Shown: positions 25,500 to 37,144 of the stretch, piece by piece
Position numbering within the stretch: the first letter of the stretch is position 1
How the letters are laid out: every line of letters begins with the position of its first letter
Assembly (NCBI RefSeq): GCF_000143415.4
Contig: NW_003314373.1
Span: 390,876 to 454,875 of the forward strand
Direction: 5' to 3'
Source: Selaginella moellendorffii
Lineage: Eukaryota > Plantae > Lycopodiophyta
DNA: 64,000 nucleotides
Made by a program: the position numbers and the translations under genes
Notes under the pieces: generated by a model
What the model saw: only the letters and a program-made list of their open reading frames with translations
Database searches by the model: none
What the model was told of the DNA's origin: nothing

Positions 25500-27048
25500 T
25501 TTTATCCATCTCGAAGGAGTCGATACGTTGACGGATCCAAGTTTATAATTGCCATCGCTCATCCCAGTCAGGAGGTAAGGACCGTAGTATATTGCGTAGA
25601 GCGATGAGTACTTTGAGCGCTCATCTAGATCATGATAGGACTTCGCTTTGGAGCTTCCAGGGGCGAGAGGAAGCATGTAGATCATAACTCCAGGCTCTTT
25701 TCCTCGTTGAATTGTGAGAACTCCATTGATTAACGCTCTCTCGTAGAAATCAGCGTAATGCATTTGCTTTGTCCAGCGGAAGAGATTTCGTGCCACCTAA
25801 AGCAGCAAACAGCATGTAAGGATAAAAGTAAAAAAGAGAAAAGACTTCCTATAGAAACCTTGAGCATGTTGTCAGTTGTACAAGATTCCTCGTTTTCGGT
25901 TCCCAGAGTATCTCCAAGTCTATTTGGATCGGACCTGAATTATAACCAGGCCCAGATCTCAGATTGAGCTTACTTGATAAATCCTTACCAGAATTCGCCG
26001 GAAGACGTCCCCCCCGTAGCATATGTATGGGACAGAAAAAAAGAAGGCAAGAAACGATTCTTTCCTCGATGATCTTAAGTTTCCACCTGCAGGGCATTAT
26101 CTCAGTGCGAGTGCAATGACTTGGGCCTCCACTCACAACCTCACCATCTACGAAAACATGAACGCTGTCGTAGCGGCTTTGGCCGAGTGCCAGGCAAAGA
26201 TTGGAACTGGATACTTGTCTGCTTTTCCAACCAGCTTGTTTGATCGTTTCGAAGCTCTGGAGTCTGTTTGGGCACCATACTACACAATTCACAAGGTATA
26301 GAGCTTTCTTGTGTTTTTTTTTTCTTGAACTTCCAACGTAGTCCTGTTTTTTTCTTTCCCTTGAAAGATTATGGCAGGACTTTTGGATCAGTATACGTAT
26401 GCCGCGAACAGTTTTGCATTCGAGATGCTGTTAGGCATGACTGATTACTTTGGGAGCCGCGTTGAGAGGGTCATTGAGAAGTATAGCATCGAGAGACACT
26501 GGCAATCACTAAACGAGGAGACTGGCGGGATGAACGATGTCTTGTATCGTGTCTATCAAATTACGGTAAGCTCTTCACAGCTTGGCTTGGTTGATCCTGA
26601 CGAAAAAACCATTCTCAGGGAGATGCGAAACACTTAAAGTTGACACTTGTTTGATAAACCATGTTTCCTAGGATTGTTGGCTGTTCGGGTAATTCTTCTG
26701 TTTTCTTCTGTTTTCTTTCTTACATTTTAAGTAGTCGAGATTGGTTTGCTGCGCAATTGCCTGCCACGAATCCGGCAAAAGCCTCACGTCGTGCAGTGAA
26801 ACAGCCCCAAGCAAGGAATTGTTTCGCTGCTGCTGGAGGACTCTCCTCCTGGAGAATTCTAGCGAACCTGTGGCGGTGGTGGTGTTCCAGCTGCTGGCGG
26901 TGGACGTGAGCTCCAGGCCGGAATCGAATGCGGCGAGGAGCTGAGCCCGCAAGGTGTGTGAAACCCCAGTGTTGGTGCACATCTTTCCATGGCCAAGCGG
27001 GCAGAGGAGTGGCAGCAAAGTGAGTACCAGGAGCGAGAAAGGGATCAT
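25500..27048 (-). pseudogene. scrambled GH127/DUF1680 glycoside hydrolase gene (N-terminal and central pieces)
   Basis: Minus: exon 1 27048-26728 (signal peptide, KMCTN, SLHDVRL, QQTNLDYL). Plus: exons 26093-26295 (GHYLSASA..WAPYYTIHK), 26368-26565 (LNEETGGMND), 26619-26688 (FDKPCFLG). Minus: 26032-25500 (HTYATGGTS, NEESCTT, YERALING, YGPYLL). Confidence 0.88.
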
Positions 27049-27345
27049 CGTTCGCCTTCTAGACTTCCTGGAAAAGAAACAAGAAGATCATGGAAAGATC
27101 AAGCTTAAGAACAAGCAAGGATGTAAATAAAAGATTCTAAAAAGAGAAAAATAAGGAGAGAAACCCCTTGTCTGGTTTCGATGATGCTGCATTATCCTCT
27201 AGCGCAATGATACTCCATTCCTTGGAATGCAAGGAAAGCTACCATCACAAACCATCTCCACTCTTGATGCAATCTTAAACTTTGCTGCTTTAGAAAGCTT
27301 CTCAAGAAATTGCATGATCATTCGAGCCCAAGACCTCCTTTTTGC

Positions 27346-29109
27346 ATGGATGATTGCCTCAGGCTTATCGATTCTTGCAAGACACTTTCTTTTGCTCGGC
27401 AGATTCGAGCTCGTCTTGACTGTGCCGGCACTGTGTTTATCTCCAACAAGCTCATTGAGATGTTTGGCAGGTGTGGTGGAGTGCAAGATGCCGAGAGCGT
27501 CTTCTATGCGATGGACAAGAGGGACCCCTTCTCGTGGGATGCAATGCTCCTGGCGTATACGAAAAACTCTTGCCTCACCCAAGCAAGGGTTTTCTTTTTT
27601 GATCTAATGCCGGAACAGAGCCTCATTGCCTGGACTGCAATACTCGTGGCACATACCCAAAAAGGGCATCTTGTTGAAGCAAAATGGCTGTTTGAAAGTA
27701 TGCCTTTTAAAGACATAGTAGCATGGAATGCCATGATAAGTGGGCTTGCTCAACACGGACACTTAAGCAGCGCTGAGATACTCTTTGGCCAAATGCCGCA
27801 AGTTAATCTGGTCACATGGAATGCCATGCTTACGGCATATGCCGCAAACGGGCATCTTGAAAACGCATACCACCTTTTTAATCAAATGCCGGAAAAAAAT
27901 TTGGTGACTTGGAATGCTTTGCTTTCGGCTTTGGCACAAGCTCGACACATTACTGGCCTGCAAATTGTGTTCAATCAAATGCCACTGTGGAATCTAGTGT
28001 CTTGGACTTCGGTGCTGACCGCATATTCAATTGACCGGCATTTTGAAAAGGCTGAGCTGACTTTTAAGGCCATGCCCGTATGGGATTTGGTTGCCTTCAA
28101 TGCCCGGCTGACAGCCTCTTCTCAAAACGACTCTTATGGGAAAACAAAGAGAATGTTTGAGAAGATGCCAGAGCGTAACTTTGTCTCTTGGAATGCAATG
28201 CTTTCAACGGCTATTGCAAGCCGCAATCTTGATTCCGTAAATTCATTGTATAATAACATGCCTCAGCATAGCTTTTATACTTGGAATATTGTTTTGGCTG
28301 CATACACACACTATGGCCTTATGGAAAAAGCAAAGGATATGTTTGAGACGATGCCGGAGGAGGATCTTATTTCTTGCAACACTATGCTTTCTGGATATGC
28401 CCAAAACCGGAATCTAGAGCTTGCCAAATTCATGTTTGATAGAATGCCACAAAGGGACCTATTTTCCTGGACTGCTCTTCTCTCTGGTTTCTCACAAAAT
28501 GGCTTTATTCAGGAGGCTACTAGTGTGTTCTACCAAATGCCAAAGAAGGACTTTGTTGCATGGAGCGCCTTTCTTTCAGCACATGCCCAAAACGGGCACC
28601 TTTTATACTGTAAGTTGCTATTTGAGAGAGCCCCAGAGCAAGATTTAGTGTGGAGTGCAATGCTGTCTGCATATGCCCATAATGGTCACTCTAAAGAGGC
28701 CATTGATCTTTTTGATGCCATGAAACTCATGTCTATACCCAATGACATATGTTTTTTATCTGCTCTTCTCGCTTGTAGCCATGTTGGAAAAACCCACACA
28801 GGTCACCACTGGTTTTTGTCGATGCAAGCTGACTTTAACGTCAAACCCAACCAGCGGCACTTTTGTTGTATGGTTGATCTTTTGGGACGTGCTAGCTATT
28901 TGGTTGATGCAGAGGATTTAATTACTAATATGCCCTTCGAGCCGGATATTTTAGAGTGGACGTGTTTTCTTGGAGCTTGCAAGAGTCACAGCCATGTTAC
29001 ATTTGGAACTAATGCAGCAAAGAATGTGTTCGACCTTTGTCCTAGGGGTGAAGCTCCTCAAGCTTATCCTTTGCTTGCAAATTTAATTGGTCAAAATCTG
29101 GATTTTTAG
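27346..29109 (+). CDS. PLS-class PPR protein with a long run of ~31-aa S-type repeats and an E-like tail, no DYW
   Basis: Intronless ORF; repeated F..MP....SWNAML.AY...G; ends HFCCMVDLLGRA...MPFEPD..W..FLGAC. Confidence 0.92.
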   Translation: MDDCLRLIDSCKTLSFARQIRARLDCAGTVFISNKLIEMFGRCGGVQDAESVFYAMDKRDPFSWDAMLLAYTKNSCLTQARVFFFDLMPEQSLIAWTAILVAHTQKGHLVEAKWLFESMPFKDIVAWNAMISGLAQHGHLSSAEILFGQMPQVNLVTWNAMLTAYAANGHLENAYHLFNQMPEKNLVTWNALLSALAQARHITGLQIVFNQMPLWNLVSWTSVLTAYSIDRHFEKAELTFKAMPVWDLVAFNARLTASSQNDSYGKTKRMFEKMPERNFVSWNAMLSTAIASRNLDSVNSLYNNMPQHSFYTWNIVLAAYTHYGLMEKAKDMFETMPEEDLISCNTMLSGYAQNRNLELAKFMFDRMPQRDLFSWTALLSGFSQNGFIQEATSVFYQMPKKDFVAWSAFLSAHAQNGHLLYCKLLFERAPEQDLVWSAMLSAYAHNGHSKEAIDLFDAMKLMSIPNDICFLSALLACSHVGKTHTGHHWFLSMQADFNVKPNQRHFCCMVDLLGRASYLVDAEDLITNMPFEPDILEWTCFLGACKSHSHVTFGTNAAKNVFDLCPRGEAPQAYPLLANLIGQNLDF

Positions 29110-29159
29110 TAACTCTTTTGTTTTAAAGAGATGTTATATGATAATTTATTTTAGACATG

Positions 29160-29984
29160 TCAATGAGAACATAACTTGTCACTACCTAATGCCCACCAAA
29201 CATTGTTAGGACGTTTTTCAGAGTATATAACTACATTACAATCATTTTGAATAGTAAAAAATAAAGTGCAACCAAGGAATTTACAAAATTGATTAATTTC
29301 CCATACTGTTTTCTCTATTAGATTTAAAATAAGATTACCATTGTTTTGAAATTTCAACATACAATTATAACCATATTGTGTTGTACTTGATTCCCAAATT
29401 TTATTTCTTTCAAAGTACAAAACAAGGTTGCAATGTGATTCAAGAATAAAAACAACTTTACCATTTGGAGAAATTAAAAATTGATCTGTATAAAGTGTTG
29501 AAGGATTACTTATAGAATTGACTTCTAAATAACAATTAGAATTATAATAAAATTTTCTTTTTAATAGAGATATACTTTCGTTTTTAGATATATGTAAATC
29601 TGTAATTTGAACCGTAATTGCAAGACTTCCATCATATAATATGACATAGCCAACTTTGTTTTTCCTTTTTATAAAACAGTTACTGAAAATAAATTTTAGA
29701 GCTTGCTCAAAATCATGTTGTTTTTCTTCAAAGCTTACAATTTTTAAGCTTAATGTAAGTGTAAAATTTATGTTATTATAGGAAAATTTATATATTTTAT
29801 TTTCTATATTATTTCTTAAAAGTATATAGCTATAGGTAATGTTTAAGAAGTTAGAGTAGTCTTGAGGTGAAGGCATATTATGATGAGTAGAATTAATAAC
29901 ACATTGTTGAATAGATCTATTAGATACATATGCTTGGCATTCATAAAAACTTAGAAAAATAACAAATAATATCAATATTGCCAT
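29160..29984 (-). CDS. secreted protein: unknown N-terminal domain plus bulb-type (GNA) lectin domain
   Basis: Signal peptide MAILILFVIFLSFYECQA; LISPNG, CNLVLY..IWES, QNNGNL, QNDCNVVIY B-lectin repeats; intact 274-aa ORF in very AT-rich DNA. Confidence 0.8.
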   Translation of the reverse strand: MAILILFVIFLSFYECQAYVSNRSIQQCVINSTHHNMPSPQDYSNFLNITYSYILLRNNIENKIYKFSYNNINFTLTLSLKIVSFEEKQHDFEQALKFIFSNCFIKRKNKVGYVILYDGSLAITVQITDLHISKNESISLLKRKFYYNSNCYLEVNSISNPSTLYTDQFLISPNGKVVFILESHCNLVLYFERNKIWESSTTQYGYNCMLKFQNNGNLILNLIEKTVWEINQFCKFLGCTLFFTIQNDCNVVIYSEKRPNNVWWALGSDKLCSH

Positions 29985-30217
29985 TTTTATCTCTATAATA
30001 TAAATATAATTGTATTATATATAAAAGTATATCCATTTTAAAAGTAATATTACACTTTTGGTTTAATGCACCAAACAAAATTTTATTGTCTCCAATATAA
30101 TATGTACAATTGCACATATCCTAAGAATATACTCATCTGACTGATGTAGAGAAAAATGTTCACTCCCACTCTTCTGGGAAATTGTATGGATACAAACATT
30201 GATTATATAATTATATA

Positions 30218-30236
30218 AGAGAGAGAGAGAGAGAGA
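30218..30236. repeat. (GA)n microsatellite
   Basis: About 9 GA units between the divergent lectin and PPR genes. Confidence 0.8.
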
Positions 30237-30351
30237 TTGTATTAGGTTAATTGGGTTATATAGTCTTGTTTCAATAGTATATAAATGAATGAATGGACAT
30301 TAGATTTTGGAGCATTAATACATATATTTTGTTGCATGGACAAGTATAAAT

Positions 30352-32358
30352 ATGGATAGAAATGAATGCCTTCGTGTAATTGGCAACACTGCAAATTTAT
30401 CTAGAGGAAGGAGAATTCATGCTCAAATCCAACAACTTATCTACCCCACAGATACATATATACTAAATAAGCTGGTTGAAATGTATGGAAAATGTGGGAG
30501 CCTAAAGCATGCTAGACAAGTATTTGATAACATTTGTGTGAAAGACTCATTCTCATGGGATTTCATGCTCATTGCCTACACAAGAAATGGGGATATTGCA
30601 AACGCCAAAAAATTCATTGACCAGGAAATGCCTTATAGGACGAAAGTTTCTTCTACGGCAATGCTAGACAGATATGCCCAAATGGGTGAAATACACCACG
30701 CGAAGTTGATCTTTGATACTATGCCAGAACCTGACATGATCTCATATTCTACAATGTTAGTAGGTTACGTACAGGCTGGATATTTTAAGCAGTCTAGGGA
30801 AATGTTTCAAGAGATGCCATTGTGGAACCTTATAGCTTGCACGGCAATGGTGACAGCATATACCCAATGTGGGCATCTAGCAGGATCAGTACAAGTATTT
30901 GAGAACATGCCAGAGTGGGACTTAGTTGCTTGGAACGCAATGCTGGGAGCATACTCAAGCCACTCACTCATCGTAGATGCAAAGAAGTTCTTTTCATTAA
31001 TGGGCGAGCATGACTTAGTATCCTGGAACACGATGCTAGCCGCATATTCCAGAACCGGGAATCTCGAAGATGCTAAGCTCACGTTTGATAAGATGCCGGA
31101 GCACAACCTCGTCACCTGGAACACTATGCTAACTGGATATGCCCACCACGGGCATATCGAGCAAGCGAGAAACCTGTTCAGGGAAATGCCTGCGCGGGAT
31201 TTAATGTCCTGGAATGCGTTTCTAGCTTCGTGCTGCAAGGCGGAGCGCTTAAAAGAGGTGGAGCTTCTATTTCGTGAGATGCCAGAGCGCGATCTCGTGT
31301 CGTACAACATACTTCTCACATTGTATTGTCGCAGTAAGAACTATGGTGCTGCAAAAGAACTGTTTTCCCAGATCGCTGTGGTCAACGTAATATCATGCAA
31401 TGTTTTCCTTGCTTACCTTGCTCAGGATCCAGACGTTGAACCGATCAGAGATTTTTTTGCCAAGATGCCACAGAAAGATCTTGTGTCGTGGACTGCACTG
31501 CTGGCTGCCTATGCCCAATCCGGGCATGTAGATTTCGCACGATATATCTTTGATACGATGCCAGAGAGGGATACCACGTCGTGGAACGCGATGGTGGCGT
31601 CGTACACGCGTGGCGGTCATCTGGAAGCCGCAAGGGCACTGTTTCTCGAAACTCCGCTCAAAGATCTGATCACCTGGAACACAATCCTGTCAGCCTATGC
31701 CCAAGCTGGTCATGTCACAGAAGCGATGCGTACCTTCAATGAAATGCCAGAGCGAGACGTAGTCTCTTGGAACACCATCATGTCTGCCTATTTCCAAAGC
31801 GGTCGTGTCCTTCTTGCAAGACGAACGTTTGACGCCATGCCCAGCAAGGATTCGATTTCCTGGAGCACCATGCTGGCTGGGTACTCCCACGCTGGGCATG
31901 CCAAAGACGCGCAGGACCTCTTCATGGGCATGAGCGCTCTGGACGCGGCCAGTGACGTCTGCTTTGTGCTGCTTCTCATCTCGTGTTGTCATGACGGGGA
32001 GCTGGAGACTGGCAAGTCGTGTTTCATCTCCATGGTGATGGACTTTGGAATTCGACCAACGAAGCAGCACTACTGTTGCATGGTCCGGCTGTTTGGACGT
32101 GCCGGCTACGTGAAGGAGGCAGAGGAGCTTGTCGCGGCCATGCCTTACGTGCCAGACGTGGTGGAGTGGGCGTCACTGCTCAGCACCTGCAATTCAAACG
32201 ATCAGCACGTTGGAAGCACCGCGGCAATGCGTGTCATGGAGATTGACTCCAGTGTTGCAATTACTTACGTATTGCTTGCCAACGCTTGTGCTGCTCCTCT
32301 GTCGCAGAGAGTACAGCCGAAGCAAGAAAATGATTCCTCCCGGTTGACTGTGACGTGA
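30352..32358 (+). CDS. PLS-class PPR protein (S-repeat rich, E-like tail, no DYW)
   Basis: 668-aa intronless ORF; LVEMYGKCGSL, tandem 31-aa repeats, HYCCMVRLFGRAG. Confidence 0.92.
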   Translation: MDRNECLRVIGNTANLSRGRRIHAQIQQLIYPTDTYILNKLVEMYGKCGSLKHARQVFDNICVKDSFSWDFMLIAYTRNGDIANAKKFIDQEMPYRTKVSSTAMLDRYAQMGEIHHAKLIFDTMPEPDMISYSTMLVGYVQAGYFKQSREMFQEMPLWNLIACTAMVTAYTQCGHLAGSVQVFENMPEWDLVAWNAMLGAYSSHSLIVDAKKFFSLMGEHDLVSWNTMLAAYSRTGNLEDAKLTFDKMPEHNLVTWNTMLTGYAHHGHIEQARNLFREMPARDLMSWNAFLASCCKAERLKEVELLFREMPERDLVSYNILLTLYCRSKNYGAAKELFSQIAVVNVISCNVFLAYLAQDPDVEPIRDFFAKMPQKDLVSWTALLAAYAQSGHVDFARYIFDTMPERDTTSWNAMVASYTRGGHLEAARALFLETPLKDLITWNTILSAYAQAGHVTEAMRTFNEMPERDVVSWNTIMSAYFQSGRVLLARRTFDAMPSKDSISWSTMLAGYSHAGHAKDAQDLFMGMSALDAASDVCFVLLLISCCHDGELETGKSCFISMVMDFGIRPTKQHYCCMVRLFGRAGYVKEAEELVAAMPYVPDVVEWASLLSTCNSNDQHVGSTAAMRVMEIDSSVAITYVLLANACAAPLSQRVQPKQENDSSRLTVT

Positions 32359-34070
32359 AAGATCCTCCGGTGAGTACTTTCATTTTAACAACGGCTGCTT
32401 AGCTCTTACCTGGGCCAGGTTCCGCACGAACTCGACTTTACTTGGCTGCTGATACAATATACTTGTTTACTGTAGAAAAAAGGGGGACGTCCGGCGAGTC
32501 CTTTTCCTAATGCTTTGTTTCGAAGAGATTGGTTCAGGCTCTGGCTGGCTGGCTGGCTGCATGAATGCGCGTATCAGAAAGTCCAATCAGAAAATAACAA
32601 CAGTTCCCATGCCTTTGTTCAGACGCAAGATAAAGATTAGAAATAAAAGAAGAAGAGAACAACTCATACTCACAGTCGAATGAATTCCCGTCTCGCCTGG
32701 GCTTCTTCGCTGTCTTTGGCTGCCCACCTAACAACAGTCACAGTCGGATCAGTAAAGCGTTTAGAGAAAGAAGCGGCCGTGAATGCGAAGGACTCGTGAA
32801 ACACCGTAGATGTAAATGCAAAGAAAACTTGGCAGAAGCAAGTAAAGCCAGTCAGTGCCACGCCAAAGTCTGCCTGCCTTGTATGGTAGATAGATAGAAC
32901 GACAGATGAGTAGATAAGACGCCAGGGAGCATCGCCAGAGCCTTTCAGTGCGCAGCTGCACAAGGAGCAGGAGAGCCCCTCTTCAACTCATCATCACCAT
33001 CATGTCCACAGGAATAAAGAAAGACTGCCGCAAGGATATGCTGGAAGCAAAAGAGAAAAGAAAACACATTAAAACAAAACCAGAGAAGGAAAGCCAAAGC
33101 AGCAAAGAATACCTCTCTCTGCTGCAGCGAGCACGTTGGCTGATTGATTGAAGCAAGAAGAGAGAATGCCGTTCCAAACACAAAGCCATGATGCCTCCAG
33201 TGGCATCGCTGCTCAGTACAGGCATGGGCTTGGCGTATAGTGGCAGCCAGCCAGGATTCAGGAAGACGAGGCTCCTTGTGAAATATAAAAATTGCGAAAA
33301 GCAACAAGAACACACGAGTGAGTGGTGATTTAGCAAGAAAAAGATGCAGCACCAGAGAGCACGGACTTGTTGAGTGACGACTGCGAACATTTAATCGCCT
33401 CCAAAGTGAAAGAGATTGTGAGTTGAGAGGTACCTCTCCAACTCGGCCCGGATTGAAAACTAACATGTCTTGTATTTCATTAAAACCAATGACTGCTGCA
33501 AGTCACAGAGGAGCGAGTCTTTATCCTGCAACGAAGGAATGTAAGTGAGTAAATGGAGCTTGCCTTTCCGAAATTATTAAGTATAGAGCCCAGACCTGAG
33601 AACACTTGGAAGATACTCAAGTTATCCACAAAACAATTCCCCAAAAGTTCTTCCTGGATCATCAGCAACTCATCAAATAATCAGTAACGTCTGCAAAAGC
33701 AACTGCCTCGAACCTGTGCTTCCAATACCAAGCAAGCATCCAGGCTTGCTTACTCAAATGCCTTCTACCGGGAAAGCGAAGAGACAGGTAAAGAAACGAA
33801 AAAACCAGCTGCTTCCGTATACAAAAGAGTTCGAGCACTTACTACAGATAAAGCAAAGCTTTCAGGTCGCAGCAGCCAGCCCACCATGCTCTCCGTCTCT
33901 AACACCCTTTCTTTTTACACTTGGGCTGCCTGCGCTTGTAATGTAGCTCTCTAAGTCACCAGGCAAACTTCTCGAGCCAAGAAGTTATTTCATTTGCCTG
34001 CAAAAAAATTGTTTCTCGCCTGCTACTGGTGCTTCCTCCTTATTCCCTCCACTAAGTCATGCACCTCGGG

Positions 34071-37000
34071 CTATAAAATATAGTGCTGCACCGCATCTTC
34101 GAGCTTTTGTTGGCTAGGACCCAGCATCTCGGTTACTTTAAGCCCGTTCTTGTACAGCTTGAAAGTTGGGACGGTACCTACACCCTCAGTCTTGGCCAGA
34201 AATGGGTGGTCCTCGATATCAACCTGCAGCGAATTAGATGCTAAGAAAAGCAAACCAAAAAAAAAAGAGGAGCGACTACCTTGACAAAGTTGACAGAAGG
34301 ATATCTTTTTGACAATAAATTGATAAACGGCGTGATCTGCTTGCACCGCTCGCTCCATCTGGTTATGAAATGAACGACAGCTAGACCTGAAAGCACAGCA
34401 CAAGCTTAGAGTGGGTTTCTCACCGCCATGCAGCACTTGGCTGTGTAATACCTGGAGATGTGATGGCTTCCTTGAATTGGTCGGGGCTATAGACCTCCTC
34501 GACTCCGCCTCCTCCAAAACTGACTTTGTAAACTTCTTCTCCTCTTGCTTTCTTCTGAGCGATCTGCACTTCGAACAGTGCCCTGGCAACTTCCACGTCC
34601 CCAGGAAGCTTACTTTTCAGAACCATGTAGTCTTCGAGTGCACTGTCCCATCGCTCAAGCTGCATCATATTAAACGACAGGCCTATCAATCAGCAAGTAA
34701 TAGAGATTGAAGTACCTGGGTGTAACACTGTGCACGTCGGAGAAGAGCCTTTGTGTAACTGGGCTGTACGTTGAGGGCAGCGTTACAGTCCTCAATAGCC
34801 TTCTCCCAAAGCCGGAGCTTCGACCTGCATGCTGCTCTGTTGCAGTATAGGATGGCATTTTCTGGATCGAGCTCCAATCCCTCGCCGTAAGCGGTTGAAG
34901 CTTCGAGGAATTTGCCAGCCTTGAAAAGGTCATTGCCGGTTGCTCTTGCCTTCACTAACCTACGGACTTTCTTGTCGAATCCAGAAACTTCCGCATTGAA
35001 CGGTTCGTTCGCGCTAGCTTTCTCTGCTGCTTGAAGCGCTTCTTCAAACCTGTAACTTGAATCAGATATTGAAAATAAGCATTTGAAACATTACCGTCCT
35101 TGAGCCAGGTCTATCTTCGCTTGAGCGATGAAGTACACGCGTTCGTCCACTACATGCTTTTGTTTCAAATTCCGCTGGGCGCACAAAATGGCCCTATCAG
35201 CTTCGTTCACCTTACAAAGGTTTAGTAGAGCTTCTGCCTTGAGAGCGTATGCCTGCATTTGAAGAAAAACCTTGAGTATATACCTACACCGGGAACTACG
35301 TACCTGGACCGAGGAATCCGCACCCGCAACGACAGCCGCATCACTCTCTCTTATAACCATTTGCCAATCTCTCAGCCTTCTCGCGTCGTGACACTTGGCT
35401 AGATGAAGAGCAACACTTTCCAATCGCTGCAAGTCCCCGCCTTCATTTCCTTGCAAATGTCTTTTCGCCTCGTCTGTCCATCCTAGTCTGGAACAAGACA
35501 CCAACCATAAGATGATGCAGCAAGAAGTTGGAAAACTGGACTGTACCTGAGAAACAGTGTTCCTAGCCGCAAGTGTGCACGAGAATAGCTTGGATCAAGG
35601 ACGATGGCTTGTTGGCATTCCTGTACAGCCTCAACCAAGCGTCCCAGTGCTGCCAAAACGGCTGCTCTGTTGCTGTGGTAAGGCGCTTGACCAGGTGACA
35701 AAGATATCGCTCGATCGTACAGAGACAAGGCCTCCAGGAAGTGGCCTTTCTTATACTGGTCGTTTCCGATGTTCTTAACTTCTTCTGCGTCCTTGCTGGT
35801 GAGAGCCTTCTTCAGCAACATACTTTCGCCCATGAGGAACACATTTCCAGTTCCATAAGACTCAGCCGTGACCTTTTTACCGTTTGGTTTTTGAGGATCA
35901 TTGCTACTAGCGGGTGCACCACCTTTACTTACGCTGCCGTAAGACGGTGCCGTCGACTCCTGCGCCACGGAGGTCTTCTCACCGCCAGGGACACCGCCTC
36001 TGGCAAAGCTACCGCCAGAAACAAACCCGCAATTCATCCCTTCACTTTGAACTTTTGCTGCTGCTCCGGTTGGCTTGATCGATGGAGGCGTAGCTTTCTC
36101 AGCAGCAGGAACCTGAGGCTTAGAGGCTGAAAGGTTTGAGCGGAAAAGGTTGCCTCCCCTCGCGCCACTGTTGAACACTCCCCAGTTTCCATCACTCACG
36201 TTTCTGGAATGTCGAATGGATGGAACCTCCTTGTTCAACGTTCGAGGAGGACTCCCGGTATAACTCCTTGCCTTGCCGCCACCTTCCGTCAACTCTCCTC
36301 GTTTTGGAGTTACTCTCACAACTCCATCCTGCTTCCTGTCAGGAAACGAAGAGTTCGTCGCGAAGCCGGCCTTGCTGTCTTGAACGTCAGACACTTTGGT
36401 TGGTTCCTTCGATCTCGCTCTCGTTGGACTGGTGAAATATAATCTGCTGTGTCCCTCCTCCGGGAAGATCATACTAAAGCTTCCTTCGCTGAGATTACGA
36501 GTCCTTGGAGCCGGTCGAAAGTTAGCTGGGCTGCTAGGCCAGCTTTGGTGAGACGATGCTGCGGCTTTAGAAATCCTCGTCCTCGTACCACCAAGAGTTC
36601 CTCCACTGCCATTGGCCACCACACCGCCAATTAGCTTCGAAGGTTGGCTTGTCGATGGAGCCTCTCCCACTTCCGAAGTGATTTCTCCCGAGCTGTGTCT
36701 ACTGGATGGCTTGGGAGCTGCGGCCGCACCGTCTACATCGGATCTGTAACTCCCGATCTCGGTCTTGGAATCGGCCTTCTTGGTGGGCGCTGTAAGCTCC
36801 CCAGACAGTTTCCTCATCACAGGTGGCTTTGGAATCTCGTCGCTCGGCAATCCCAGCTTGACAGTGGCATCTGCGATGCGATCGGCCTCTGGAGGATTCG
36901 CCGCCTCCAGAGTGGTGCTCGTGGAAACGGTCTCAAGCGATGCTCGGCTGGTTTGATTGTGCTTCTGCTGCTTGAAAAACATTGGCACGATCATCTCCGC

Positions 37001-37144
37001 GCTGTTAGCCGCCGATGCCGCCGCGTACTTGGAGTAGCTTCTAAATGGCTTGAGATGGTCGCCACCATAGCCAGAGCAATACAGCCTCCCGCCATGCATG
37101 TCGAAAGTGCCGATGGGCTTGCTTTCCGCATAGCACTGCGCCAT
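34071..37144 (-). CDS. TTL: TPR repeat-containing thioredoxin-like protein (TTL family), ~7 exons
   Basis: Long disordered N-terminus, TPRs (EEVKNIGNDQYKKG, GNDLFKAGKF..NRAAC), C-terminal thioredoxin-like KVDIE..VPTFKLYKNG; GT-AG introns. Confidence 0.9.

Noticed and set aside
25269-25796. 175-aa ORF as a GH127-integrase fusion protein
   Set aside because: Chance in-frame junction between a pseudogene piece and a TE remnant; no proper start, internal deletion
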